A stretch of DNA of 64,000 bases from a virus. The translations under genes and the position numbers were made by a program. Within the stretch, counting starts at the first letter, position 1. Each line of letters begins with the position of its first letter. Location: the IMG/VR virus record IMGVR_UViG_3300027754_005987, positions 32,001 to 96,000 of that record. One strand, 5' to 3'. The notes under the pieces were generated by a model. The model was not told where the DNA came from. It worked only from the letters and a program-made list of their open reading frames with translations, and ran no database searches. This document shows positions 37,403 to 46,845 of this stretch, in pieces.

Positions 37403-38131
37403 CTACAAACCGTGATGTTTTAATACCTCATATAACTCTTTGTATCTCTTCATAGCTATTCTAATATCCTTTGTAGATAGATTAGTATAATTACGCATTG
37501 TTTCTAATACTGAATTTTTATTATATTTAGAACCACCATTCATAGTATCAAATATCACTTCCCAATTTTCTAATATTTCAATTAAAGCATACCCAACTTT
37601 TTTTTCATTATCGTTTAACCTTTTCTTTGGTGGTAATGTTTCATCATTTAATTCGACAATAATTGTATTGTGTAAATTTTTAATGAACTCATCAACAGAA
37701 GAAGTGTCATCATCAATAACATAAGATAATTCAAGATTATCTTCAATTTCGCTGGAAACATCTTGATATGAAGATGTTTGTTTTATGTATTTTTCGTCTT
37801 TAATTAGTAGCCCTAATATATAATTTTTGGCTATAGTGCCAAAATAAGAATAAGCTTTTTTACCTCTACCAGTTTCGAATTTATGTACTTTTGTCATTAG
37901 GAAGGAAATGGTGTCCCCATGAAGTTCATCAAAGGTTTCACCTTTCCTATATAATTTATATCTCCTAATGATAGATTCAATCATTTTATCCAATGGTGCT
38001 TTTAACCATTCATTGAATACTAAGTTTCTTTCTATCTCATCTGTTGATTCTAAAAATTTGATAACGGCTTCTTCTTCTTCTGGACCAAAGTACATGTCGT
38101 TTGTCCTTTTTCGCCCTCTTTTCGTAACCAT
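37403..38131 (-). CDS. Sigma-factor-like protein (candidate gp55-like late sigma)
   Basis: Region-2-like KMIESIIRRY...DELHGDTISFL...KFETGRGKKAYSYFGTIAKNY. Confidence 0.65.
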   Translation of the reverse strand: MVTKRGRKRTNDMYFGPEEEEAVIKFLESTDEIERNLVFNEWLKAPLDKMIESIIRRYKLYRKGETFDELHGDTISFLMTKVHKFETGRGKKAYSYFGTIAKNYILGLLIKDEKYIKQTSSYQDVSSEIEDNLELSYVIDDDTSSVDEFIKNLHNTIIVELNDETLPPKKRLNDNEKKVGYALIEILENWEVIFDTMNGGSKYNKNSVLETMRNYTNLSTKDIRIAMKRYKELYEVLKHHGL

Positions 38132-38938
38132 TTATGCATTTTGTGAATCATACGTTATGTTTCTGTCTTTAGAAAAATAGTATTCTTTTTTAGCTTGAGC
38201 TAACCACCATTTTGCTTCAGCTGGGTCTAATGATTCTTTATATTCTGAGAACAAAGAACCATTTCTTTGGTTAAGATGTTTATAACCAAATCTAGGGATA
38301 ACAAAAACCTTAGCATCTTTGAATGTCATTCTTAATAAGAATTCATAAATGAATGTCAATTTGATACTAGATTTGAAACCACCAAATTCATTATACGTTG
38401 ATTTACGTATAACCATACCATCAGTATTAAAGTTTTGATAAGTTAATAAAGCATTATTATCTAACACACCTAATTCATCTGAAAAACTATTAGCCCAAAC
38501 AGCTTCGTTAGTAAATCCAATAAAATTATTAGTTGAATCCACATCAATAATGATTGGCATGAAGATATCAACATTTGTATGCGCAGCTTTATATTCAACT
38601 ACATTTTTAAACCAAATTTTAGCATATTCATCATCAAATTCTAAAATAGAAAACCATTCTGATTTTGAAACATCAACACCATAATTAACTTGTGATGCGA
38701 AATCAGTATTGCCTTCATTTTCAGCAATAACAACTGAATCTTTATAATCACCATAATCATAACTTTTTACATATGTTGCCACATCACTATTTTTAGGCAC
38801 AACGATAACTAATTCATCTGGTCTAACAATTTGTTCAGTAACGCTCAATATTGCGTTTTCTAATAATTTTTTTGTTGTTTCGTCCAATGAATGCACTGGA
38901 AGTATAACACTAATATTGTTTTTTTCTACTTTGCTCAT
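38132..38938 (-). CDS. Glycosyltransferase family 2-like
   Basis: ISVILPV, QVNYG, ILEFDDEY. Confidence 0.8.
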   Translation of the reverse strand: MSKVEKNNISVILPVHSLDETTKKLLENAILSVTEQIVRPDELVIVVPKNSDVATYVKSYDYGDYKDSVVIAENEGNTDFASQVNYGVDVSKSEWFSILEFDDEYAKIWFKNVVEYKAAHTNVDIFMPIIIDVDSTNNFIGFTNEAVWANSFSDELGVLDNNALLTYQNFNTDGMVIRKSTYNEFGGFKSSIKLTFIYEFLLRMTFKDAKVFVIPRFGYKHLNQRNGSLFSEYKESLDPAEAKWWLAQAKKEYYFSKDRNITYDSQNA

Positions 38939-38969
38939 AATTTTTATGTGTTTTTTATTTTTTATTTAA

Positions 38970-40115
38970 TTAAGCGTTAGTTGATTCTACAACATTAGCT
39001 GATAAATTAGTTATTATGTTGTTTATTTCATTTTTTCTATTCTCAAAAAGACCATGATATACATTTTTAAGCGTTTCTTTTTGTTTTTCTGGAGTATAAC
39101 CACCTTTACTTTCGGTCATTGAATTTTTTAAATCAGCAGGTACTGAATCTTCCAACCAAACTTTCATGTATGTTGCGATAAGTTCTGGAATATTGATAGT
39201 TGTGTTTGTCCAAACACCATTATTTTTAATAACTGTATTTCCTTTTTCATCTTTAGTTTCCATCCATTCTGGTACCATGTTAGGTATTTTACCAATAACA
39301 GGTGTGTTACTTTCAATTGCTTCTAATGGGAATGTTCCAAAACCAGATTGGTCATCAACCCAGATAGCCAAACATGCTTTTCCTAATTCATTTGCAAAAT
39401 TTTCTCTAGATAAACCTCTTAATTCTTTAAAGGTAACCCATTTGTAAATTGGATACTGTAAATAAAATGATTTAGCTATTTTAGCAGCCTCACCTTGATT
39501 TCTTGTGTGTATTGCAACCAATGGAATTTTTGGTTTTTCTGAATCTTTAAAATAAGTTGGGATAGATACTGGTACAACATGTGTATTAATTGATGGGAAC
39601 AATGTTGATAGGTATTGGGCCTGTTTAACGCTAGTAGTGATTACATCATTAAATCCGTAATCAGTGTTCCATCTTTTACCAATAGGTAATAACTCTAATA
39701 AATAATCATAACTTTGTGATAAAACAATTTTTTTACATGGGAAAGCTTTCACTTGGTCCATAATGTTAGAGAATATTTCAGGGATTATGATAAAATCAGC
39801 TGGTGAAATATTTAAATTTTGTGATTCAATAGATGCATGTGGCAATTTAGCATATTCATCACCTAACCAATCACCAACACCGTTTCCGTTTTCATCGCCT
39901 ATTAACTTATAATCATTTTTTTCATGCAAAATGGTAGCTTTATAACCTAACTCATTAAGTAATTTAACATGTTCATAAATATTAGCAATCCCAGCAGTTG
40001 GGTTTCCTTTTGTATCAAGCGTAAAAAAATATAGATTAAAATCTTTATTCGCTAATTTATCAAAAACAATTTTAGCTTGTGTCAATTGTTCTTCAATTTG
40101 TTTTGTTTGTTCCAT
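38970..40115 (-). CDS. GT-B (GT4-like) glycosyltransferase
   Basis: AGIANIYEH, IIIPE, SGFGTFPLEA...PVIG. Confidence 0.7.
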   Translation of the reverse strand: MEQTKQIEEQLTQAKIVFDKLANKDFNLYFFTLDTKGNPTAGIANIYEHVKLLNELGYKATILHEKNDYKLIGDENGNGVGDWLGDEYAKLPHASIESQNLNISPADFIIIPEIFSNIMDQVKAFPCKKIVLSQSYDYLLELLPIGKRWNTDYGFNDVITTSVKQAQYLSTLFPSINTHVVPVSIPTYFKDSEKPKIPLVAIHTRNQGEAAKIAKSFYLQYPIYKWVTFKELRGLSRENFANELGKACLAIWVDDQSGFGTFPLEAIESNTPVIGKIPNMVPEWMETKDEKGNTVIKNNGVWTNTTINIPELIATYMKVWLEDSVPADLKNSMTESKGGYTPEKQKETLKNVYHGLFENRKNEINNIITNLSANVVESTNA

Positions 40116-40139
40116 TTGTTTTGTTTTTTTTAGGTATTA

Positions 40140-40502
40140 TTATTTTTCATCCATTTCTTTTAATATCCCATAATTTAATAAGGTATTAAAAGCTAATTTA
40201 TACGCCAATGGCGTTCTTTCTAAGGCCCTATCAGCGCCTAAAGTATCATCACTTTCTTCATTGTAATCAATCAACACTTCAAAACACATTCTTAGTAAAT
40301 CGTATTTTGTTGCATCAACTTCTCTACCTCTTTCAACATTAGTTTCAGTAACTTCTATATTTAGTATTTTACCTTCACTATCTAAATGTTTTGTAGTTGT
40401 AGTTTCAACAATTCTGTCACTGCTAACAGGTTCTTTTATTTTTATAGCATTTTCTAATGCGTCAATATCAAAAAAGTATATTGCTCCTCCGAATTCTATC
40501 AT
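40140..40502 (-). CDS. Hypothetical protein
   Basis: 120 aa; KYDLLR...YKLAFNTLLNYGIL. Confidence 0.75.
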   Translation of the reverse strand: MIEFGGAIYFFDIDALENAIKIKEPVSSDRIVETTTTKHLDSEGKILNIEVTETNVERGREVDATKYDLLRMCFEVLIDYNEESDDTLGADRALERTPLAYKLAFNTLLNYGILKEMDEK

Positions 40503-40506
40503 ATAA

Positions 40507-41133
40507 TTAAATTTCTTCGTAAGTTGTTATTTTAGTATTAAGTATTTTATCTCTAAGTTCTTCATTTTTAATAAAATCTAATAATGAATCAATTTCGTAA
40601 TCAGCAGGTGTGTTTGTATTGTATGATGACTTAACCTTTACACTAATTTTACCAGAAGGTTTTGCCTCTAGCGCCATTGGATTTGCTGTAATTAGAATAT
40701 CTAATCCATCCCATTTATCGGAATAGTTTTTAACAAATCTAACATTAGGTATTTTACACCCAATTTTAGATAAAAAGAAATATGTTGATGGTATTGCTTT
40801 ATCGACTTCTCTCGATACAAGCTCTAGTTGATGTTCACCAAAGTCTTCGGTGTCCATGATGAAATTATTTAAATGGTTACTTAAACCATCTGACATTTGG
40901 TCTGCATGACCAAAAATTTCAAGGGGTGCTTCTACGTAAAGAAACGTATTAAGTTTGTTTACATTATCAAACTTAAAAAAATCGAGTAAATTAAAGTTAG
41001 TAACATCACCTTCTTTTATATCAGTATCTCCGATATACTTTTCATATGTGTATGTAAACTGACCAACAAAATCTCGTAATACTTCGTTAATACTTATTCC
41101 AATTTTAGCCATTTTTAATTTATTATAAACCAA
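40507..41133 (-). CDS. HAD / 5'(3')-deoxyribonucleotidase-like protein with degenerate motif I
   Basis: KIGISINEVLRD where DxD is expected; true start probably MAKIG. Confidence 0.55.
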   Translation of the reverse strand: MVYNKLKMAKIGISINEVLRDFVGQFTYTYEKYIGDTDIKEGDVTNFNLLDFFKFDNVNKLNTFLYVEAPLEIFGHADQMSDGLSNHLNNFIMDTEDFGEHQLELVSREVDKAIPSTYFFLSKIGCKIPNVRFVKNYSDKWDGLDILITANPMALEAKPSGKISVKVKSSYNTNTPADYEIDSLLDFIKNEELRDKILNTKITTYEEI

Positions 41134-41164
41134 TTTAATGATTTATAACAAATAAGTAAAGCAA

Positions 41165-42028
41165 TTATTTAAATAATTGTAGAATTTTTTCAAATATTGT
41201 ACGTTTTTTTGTTTCTTCTATTGTAAATTGTCTATAATTTTCTTTGTTTTTATTAATCTTCTCTTGTTCTAGTTTTTTATTTTCACTAATTTTATCAAAC
41301 ACATCTTCAATTACTTTTATTAGTGGATGTCTTATGATATCATCTTTAGTAAATTCAACAATACCAATCTTATCAATATTTTTAAAGTTTGTTAATAAAA
41401 AGCTTAATGCGCTATCGTATTTGTTTTTAGCGTCTATTTGTTTGGTATCACCTAAAAAAACCATTTTAGAATTTTCACCTAATCTAGTCAATATTGTTCT
41501 TATATTTTCGATTGATATATTTTGAACTTCATCAATAATAACGATAGCGTTATCAATGTTTACACCTCTAAGATAAGCTATTGGTAGGATTTCTATTTGG
41601 TTAGCGGTTTTTAATTTAGCAAATAATTCTTTACCTATTATTTTTTCAAAATTACCAGTAAAAGAATACATGAATGGCTCCATCTTTTCTTCCATGGTTC
41701 CCTTTAAAAAACCAATTTCTTCTGATTTAAGTGTTGTTACTGATTTAACTAGTACAATTTTTTTAATCAGGTCATTGTATTTTAATTCATGAAGTGCCTG
41801 TATACAAGACAAAAATGTTTTTCCGCTACCAGCAGGTCCAGTACAAATTGTTACGTCACTGTTTTTTATTAATTGCGTTAGTTTTTTTTGGTTTTCATTC
41901 TTGTGTTTTATTTCAATCCTCATTTGGACCGTTAAATCAGTATTTATCTTTTGTTGGTCTGAAACACTTTCATCGCTTTTTTTAACTTTGGCTTTTGATG
42001 GTCTAGTTGTGGTTGTTTTTTTTATCAT
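41165..42028 (-). CDS. phoH: PhoH-like ATPase
   Basis: GPAGSGKT, IGFLKG...EKM.P, AYLRG, IIDEVQN, LTRLG, GD..QID, DIIRHP. Confidence 0.93.
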   Translation of the reverse strand: MIKKTTTTRPSKAKVKKSDESVSDQQKINTDLTVQMRIEIKHKNENQKKLTQLIKNSDVTICTGPAGSGKTFLSCIQALHELKYNDLIKKIVLVKSVTTLKSEEIGFLKGTMEEKMEPFMYSFTGNFEKIIGKELFAKLKTANQIEILPIAYLRGVNIDNAIVIIDEVQNISIENIRTILTRLGENSKMVFLGDTKQIDAKNKYDSALSFLLTNFKNIDKIGIVEFTKDDIIRHPLIKVIEDVFDKISENKKLEQEKINKNKENYRQFTIEETKKRTIFEKILQLFK

Positions 42029-42068
42029 AAATACTTTTATTATAAATATCGCATTTAATGCTTAAGGT

Positions 42069-43022
42069 TTATTTTTTAACTTTATCATCATATTTTTTAT
42101 CCAATACTTTAACTCTATACTCTTCTAATATTGACACCCCATTTGTTTCAATATCAGCACTAAATTTAATCACATAATGGCCATTAAACTCAACAATTTT
42201 TTCAAATTTTAAATTGTTATATTCGTATTCTAAAAAATCATTAACACCAATAGCTTTATATGTTATAAAACCAACTTTTTTAATATCTAGCATCGATGAA
42301 CTATTTGGATTAACTATGGCCTTTTTAACCTCGCTAATGAATAGTCTGGTTGTCCTAATAAACTCATCTGGATACATACTAACATAAAACTCTAAAAGTC
42401 TCTTAGAATCGCTTATTTTACGTATGTGTAATTTCTTTGTGTATTTTTCAAGTTCAAATTTAGGTAATGTTTCTCTTTCAATAATAATTGGCAATTCTGT
42501 TTTATGAGATGCAAAATATTCGTTACCGCTAATTTCACCATGGCTTGCGCTTATGGCTTCACCAGCATCATTATAATTTATTTCAGCTTCATCTAATAAT
42601 TTTATATAATCATTGGCCATAGCATCACTACTACCAATAATTATTTCTGAATTATCAACAACCATTTCTAATATATAGTTATCTGATGGTTCTACATTTA
42701 CCTTTTTTAACCCAGATTTATTGTCGGTTTTTTTTGTTTTTACAATAGGCATCCCATCATTGTCATAACCAATTATTTCTGAAGATGTATTTTGTGTTTC
42801 TTGTAAAATTTTATACATTCTCCACCGTAAATTTTCAACTTCTTGAGTAACAACAGCATTCTTTAAAGAATGCAATAATGTTGCAGCATCTTTTTCGTTA
42901 ACTTTATTTATGTCAGATTCTAATTGTTCCCCTTTTTGGGAAAACGAATTTTTTTCAACATTTGCTAAGGCTAATGATAAGATAGCTATTTTTTGTTTAA
43001 ACCATTTTTTTAAATCAATCAT
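42069..43022 (-). CDS. Hypothetical protein
   Basis: 317-aa ORF; VTQEVENLRWRMYK. Confidence 0.75.
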   Translation of the reverse strand: MIDLKKWFKQKIAILSLALANVEKNSFSQKGEQLESDINKVNEKDAATLLHSLKNAVVTQEVENLRWRMYKILQETQNTSSEIIGYDNDGMPIVKTKKTDNKSGLKKVNVEPSDNYILEMVVDNSEIIIGSSDAMANDYIKLLDEAEINYNDAGEAISASHGEISGNEYFASHKTELPIIIERETLPKFELEKYTKKLHIRKISDSKRLLEFYVSMYPDEFIRTTRLFISEVKKAIVNPNSSSMLDIKKVGFITYKAIGVNDFLEYEYNNLKFEKIVEFNGHYVIKFSADIETNGVSILEEYRVKVLDKKYDDKVKK

Positions 43023-43873
43023 TTAATCATATGTTTATATTTTTCTAAATTATCCAATATGTATTTTGGATAAGTTTCGTCTATTTGAACTGGTGTTAAT
43101 TGACCTCTAAAAAATGGGTCGATATTATTATTAACATTATTATCTAAACTATTTAAAACATAACTATTAACTAAATCTCTAGCTGAATAAGATAATAATT
43201 TTGTTTTTATCATTTCGTTACCACCTTGAAAACTAAAATGCCACCCACCATTATCAATTTTATTACTTAAAGATTCATCACCTCTAACTTCATTAAATGA
43301 TAAGTCTTTTATGTTTTTATATTTTGAAATTTTTGAACCGTACCAATCAGTTTGTTTTAATAGATTTATATAATAATAATAAGTTAATTGATTTAAAGAA
43401 TATATTGTATTATCAATTGATAACTCATTTATTTTTTCTAGCAACTTTGGATTTGGTATTTCGTCTGCATCAGATATGATAATTATATCATCATCAGAAC
43501 ATGATATTAATGGTCTTCTAACACACTCTTTTTGAAAGAAATCTCTACCGTAATCTGGTTGTGTTGCTCTATTAAATCTATTAGTTTGTTTCACAACAAA
43601 ATTAAATATGTCATTAAGTGTTTTGTCTTCACCATAATTTAAATTAATAAAATCACTAGGTGTGTCGTACACTTTATAATGTATTATTTTATCTAAAAAT
43701 TTAGAATATCTTTCTTTATTTTCTTCAAAATAAAAAGGTTTTTCCTCACCAGAATGAGTAATACTAGATTCAACTATAACAAAATAATCAACATGTTCAT
43801 ATAAAACATTTAACCTAATTTCAAGTATCTCTAATTCATTAAAAAAATTAAAACAATCGTATATTTTTCCCAT
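43019..43873 (-). CDS. Glycosyltransferase family 17-like (GlcNAc transferase-like)
   Basis: IYDCF.FFNELEILEIRL..L...VDYFVIVES..THSG..KP, SDADEIP, GGWHFSF. Confidence 0.85.
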   Translation of the reverse strand: MGKIYDCFNFFNELEILEIRLNVLYEHVDYFVIVESSITHSGEEKPFYFEENKERYSKFLDKIIHYKVYDTPSDFINLNYGEDKTLNDIFNFVVKQTNRFNRATQPDYGRDFFQKECVRRPLISCSDDDIIIISDADEIPNPKLLEKINELSIDNTIYSLNQLTYYYYINLLKQTDWYGSKISKYKNIKDLSFNEVRGDESLSNKIDNGGWHFSFQGGNEMIKTKLLSYSARDLVNSYVLNSLDNNVNNNIDPFFRGQLTPVQIDETYPKYILDNLEKYKHMIK

Positions 43874-44613
43874 TATAAAATTTTAAATATCAAATGACTT
43901 ACATCATTATTTAGTTTTTTGTTAATACCGAATATATTCCCACCAGTACCAGTTGGTGATATTGTGTTATCGATAAAATCAATTATGTTATTATCAAGTT
44001 TAACTAAAGATTTATTAAAATCAATATTATGTATGTTATTATTTAAAATAACCCCAAGTAAACTAGGTTCAATCATTAAATAAAAATCAAAATTATCTAA
44101 TAAATCAACGTATTGTTTAATTCCACCACTATATTCAACTTGAATATATGACACCTTATTTTCAAATTTGATTGTATTAATACCACCATTTATTACATTA
44201 TAATCAAGTCCTTCTACGTCTATTTTAATAAAATCAATATTATTGATTTTATTATCTTTGACATATGTATCTAAAGTTCTTAATGAGTATCTTTCACCAT
44301 AATCTATGGGTGGAACATACCAATGTGGTATAAATGATTGAGTATTACTATAATATACGCAATCATCAGAATTTTTATCCGATAACCCAAATTCATTTAA
44401 AATTAATTTGTTTTTTGGTAATAAGTTAATTTTATCTTTTATTGATGTTAGCGCATCGATAAATGGTTCAAATAAATGATATTCCACATTTTGTTTTATT
44501 TCATAAAAATATAAATCATCACGACATCCAACATCAAACACTATTTTAAAATCTTTACTCATTCGTTTATAAATTTCCAATTCATTATTTGGAATTTCGC
44601 TATATTCACCCAT
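43873..44613 (-). CDS. FkbM-family methyltransferase
   Basis: VFDVG, FEP, TLD.Y, IDFIKIDVEG, IQVEY. Confidence 0.85.
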   Translation of the reverse strand: MGEYSEIPNNELEIYKRMSKDFKIVFDVGCRDDLYFYEIKQNVEYHLFEPFIDALTSIKDKINLLPKNKLILNEFGLSDKNSDDCVYYSNTQSFIPHWYVPPIDYGERYSLRTLDTYVKDNKINNIDFIKIDVEGLDYNVINGGINTIKFENKVSYIQVEYSGGIKQYVDLLDNFDFYLMIEPSLLGVILNNNIHNIDFNKSLVKLDNNIIDFIDNTISPTGTGGNIFGINKKLNNDVSHLIFKIL

Positions 44614-44614
44614 A

Positions 44615-45526
44615 TTAAATTATATTTTTAATTCTATAATATTCATTAGCCTCATTTTTACATGTTTGATAATCAAATAAGTTACCTTCTCTATCCATAT
44701 ATGTAAAACACCTTGTATAAGCGTCACCTGTTGCCCAATACCCATCACTAACATTATGTCTGGCCCAATATTTTGGTGCGATAATTTTATTTACATTTAT
44801 ATTTAACCATGCTGCCCACCAACCAAATGTTGAATTTGATATAATTAACCATTTAGCTTGATTAACAACATAATAATCAAAACCAACATCAACATGTACC
44901 GCTTGAATAGGGAATGGCATAAAACTATTGGCGCATTGTACATCATCGGTAATTAATAAAAATCGCATATTAGGGTTTAAAGATAACATATGGTTAACAG
45001 CATCTCTCCAATATTCTCTTCGTAACAAAACATTTGGGATGTTACGATACTCTCCACCTCTAAAGTTAATAACACATAAATTATCATCTAAAGTAACACC
45101 CATTTCAGATAATAAATTATCATAAACTATTTTAGATTCTTCTTTTATCTCAAACCATTTTTTTATATCTTCTTTTCTATCGATAATATAGTCTTCTGAC
45201 TGATATATACCACCTTTAGCTCCATTATGACCTAACATAATAGTATTATCACCAATACTATATAAAGACTCATTTAACATTGTTATATTAACTTCATCAA
45301 CATGGCGAATTGTTTTCCACAGTTCATGAAATTCAGTTGTTATGTTTTTAACCTCTTTACCAAAATCAACATTCATAAACGTCATTTGGCTTTGTCCGTT
45401 AAAATAATCGTGACTAGGATTTGGGTTAATACCCCATTCGTAACCTATTTTTTCTGCAATAGTTCTGCATACGGCATATTGCCACATATGGTTACCTAGA
45501 TTTCCCGTTAAGTTAGTACTAATCAA
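44615..45526 (-). CDS. Alpha-1,2-fucosyltransferase-like (GT11)
   Basis: GNLGNHMWQY, YQSE, NFRGGEY, SNSTFGWWAAWL; TTG start overlapping the upstream TGA. Confidence 0.85.
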   Translation of the reverse strand: MISTNLTGNLGNHMWQYAVCRTIAEKIGYEWGINPNPSHDYFNGQSQMTFMNVDFGKEVKNITTEFHELWKTIRHVDEVNITMLNESLYSIGDNTIMLGHNGAKGGIYQSEDYIIDRKEDIKKWFEIKEESKIVYDNLLSEMGVTLDDNLCVINFRGGEYRNIPNVLLRREYWRDAVNHMLSLNPNMRFLLITDDVQCANSFMPFPIQAVHVDVGFDYYVVNQAKWLIISNSTFGWWAAWLNINVNKIIAPKYWARHNVSDGYWATGDAYTRCFTYMDREGNLFDYQTCKNEANEYYRIKNII

Positions 45527-45960
45527 TTGTTTAAGTATTTAATTGCTTCTGATAGCAAATCTTTATTGTCTTTAAATCTTCCTAAACCATTGTTACAACT
45601 AAGGCATAATAAACCTCTTACTTTGCCAGTTTCATGATTATGGTCTACAGCTAAAGCTCTATCAAATTCAGTTTGATGCCTGTGGCAAATAGCACAAGAT
45701 TCATTTTGTTTTTCTAATAGTTTGTTATAATCTTCAAAAGTTATATCAAAATCACGTACTAAGTTTAAATGTTTAACTCTATCTTTATTAGCCTCATGCC
45801 AAGCTTTGCTTTTTGCGTTAATATGATTTTTATTATTTTTATAATAATTTTTTCTTTGTTCTGGATTAGCAGTTTTCCAAGCAACAATTCTAGCGTCTAT
45901 TTTATCTTTATTTGCTTTACGATATTCCTTATCATAAATAGATTTTTCTTCTTTTGTCAT
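45523..45960 (-). CDS. Endonuclease VII-like homing endonuclease
   Basis: Q...CAIC...LAVDHNHETGKVRGLLC..CN.GLG. Confidence 0.88.
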   Translation of the reverse strand: MTKEEKSIYDKEYRKANKDKIDARIVAWKTANPEQRKNYYKNNKNHINAKSKAWHEANKDRVKHLNLVRDFDITFEDYNKLLEKQNESCAICHRHQTEFDRALAVDHNHETGKVRGLLCLSCNNGLGRFKDNKDLLSEAIKYLNN

Positions 45961-46038
45961 TTTAATATTTTAAACTTCAATTTTGTTTTTTGTTATCATT
46001 TTAATTGTATTTTATTATTGTTATTGCATATTAACTAT

Positions 46039-46845
46039 TTATAACGCTATATTTCGATAATTTTCTAATGTGTTAGTCGTATCTAAGAATTGTCTTTGAG
46101 GAGCAAAAGCATAATGACTAAATAAAGATTTACCAAAAATAATATTAGTTGTGTTTAATTCTTTAGGTTTATCAACAGATAACCAATTTTCTTCAGAAAT
46201 ACCTACTTCACCGTTAAACGTTTTAAATGTTTTACCTAACCATGAAATACTATTAATAGAACACCTTTCAAAATATTTCAATTCCCAATTGTCAATAAAA
46301 AAATCACTTATTTTATTTTCAGTCATTTTTTCAAAAAAGTAATTATGTAATGAGAAACAAAAATCTGGGTTTCTCCATCCATTTTCATCTAAACAATCAT
46401 AATTAACTGATGGTAAGTTTTTTATAATACCTTTTCTTTGGTATATGTTAGTAACAATTGCATTATTTAATATATTACCATAAACTAAAAAATATTGTTC
46501 ATTTGCTAACCTAAAGTCGAATAAATCCTTTATTGAGTTTTTATTAATATATACTATATCGTCATCTAATCTCAAATATACTGAATTTTCGTCAATACAT
46601 TTTTTAAAAAAATTACAGATAGTTGCTGTGTGGCTTCCATTTGGGTCAATAGGTATTTCAGAATACTGTAGTTCTATATAGTCATAATCTTTAACTAGAT
46701 TTTCAATATAATTAATGTCTTCATCATTAGTGGTGTTAACCCAAATTACCCATTTATCAAATTCATCTTTACATTTATATAAATTCTTATGTAATATTTC
46801 AAGGTATCTTTTCCTACCTGCTGGTGTTACTATTATTTTTTTCAT
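46039..46845 (-). CDS. GT-A-like glycosyltransferase
   Basis: VTPAGRKRYL, YLRLDDDIVYI. Confidence 0.65.
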   Translation of the reverse strand: MKKIIVTPAGRKRYLEILHKNLYKCKDEFDKWVIWVNTTNDEDINYIENLVKDYDYIELQYSEIPIDPNGSHTATICNFFKKCIDENSVYLRLDDDIVYINKNSIKDLFDFRLANEQYFLVYGNILNNAIVTNIYQRKGIIKNLPSVNYDCLDENGWRNPDFCFSLHNYFFEKMTENKISDFFIDNWELKYFERCSINSISWLGKTFKTFNGEVGISEENWLSVDKPKELNTTNIIFGKSLFSHYAFAPQRQFLDTTNTLENYRNIAL

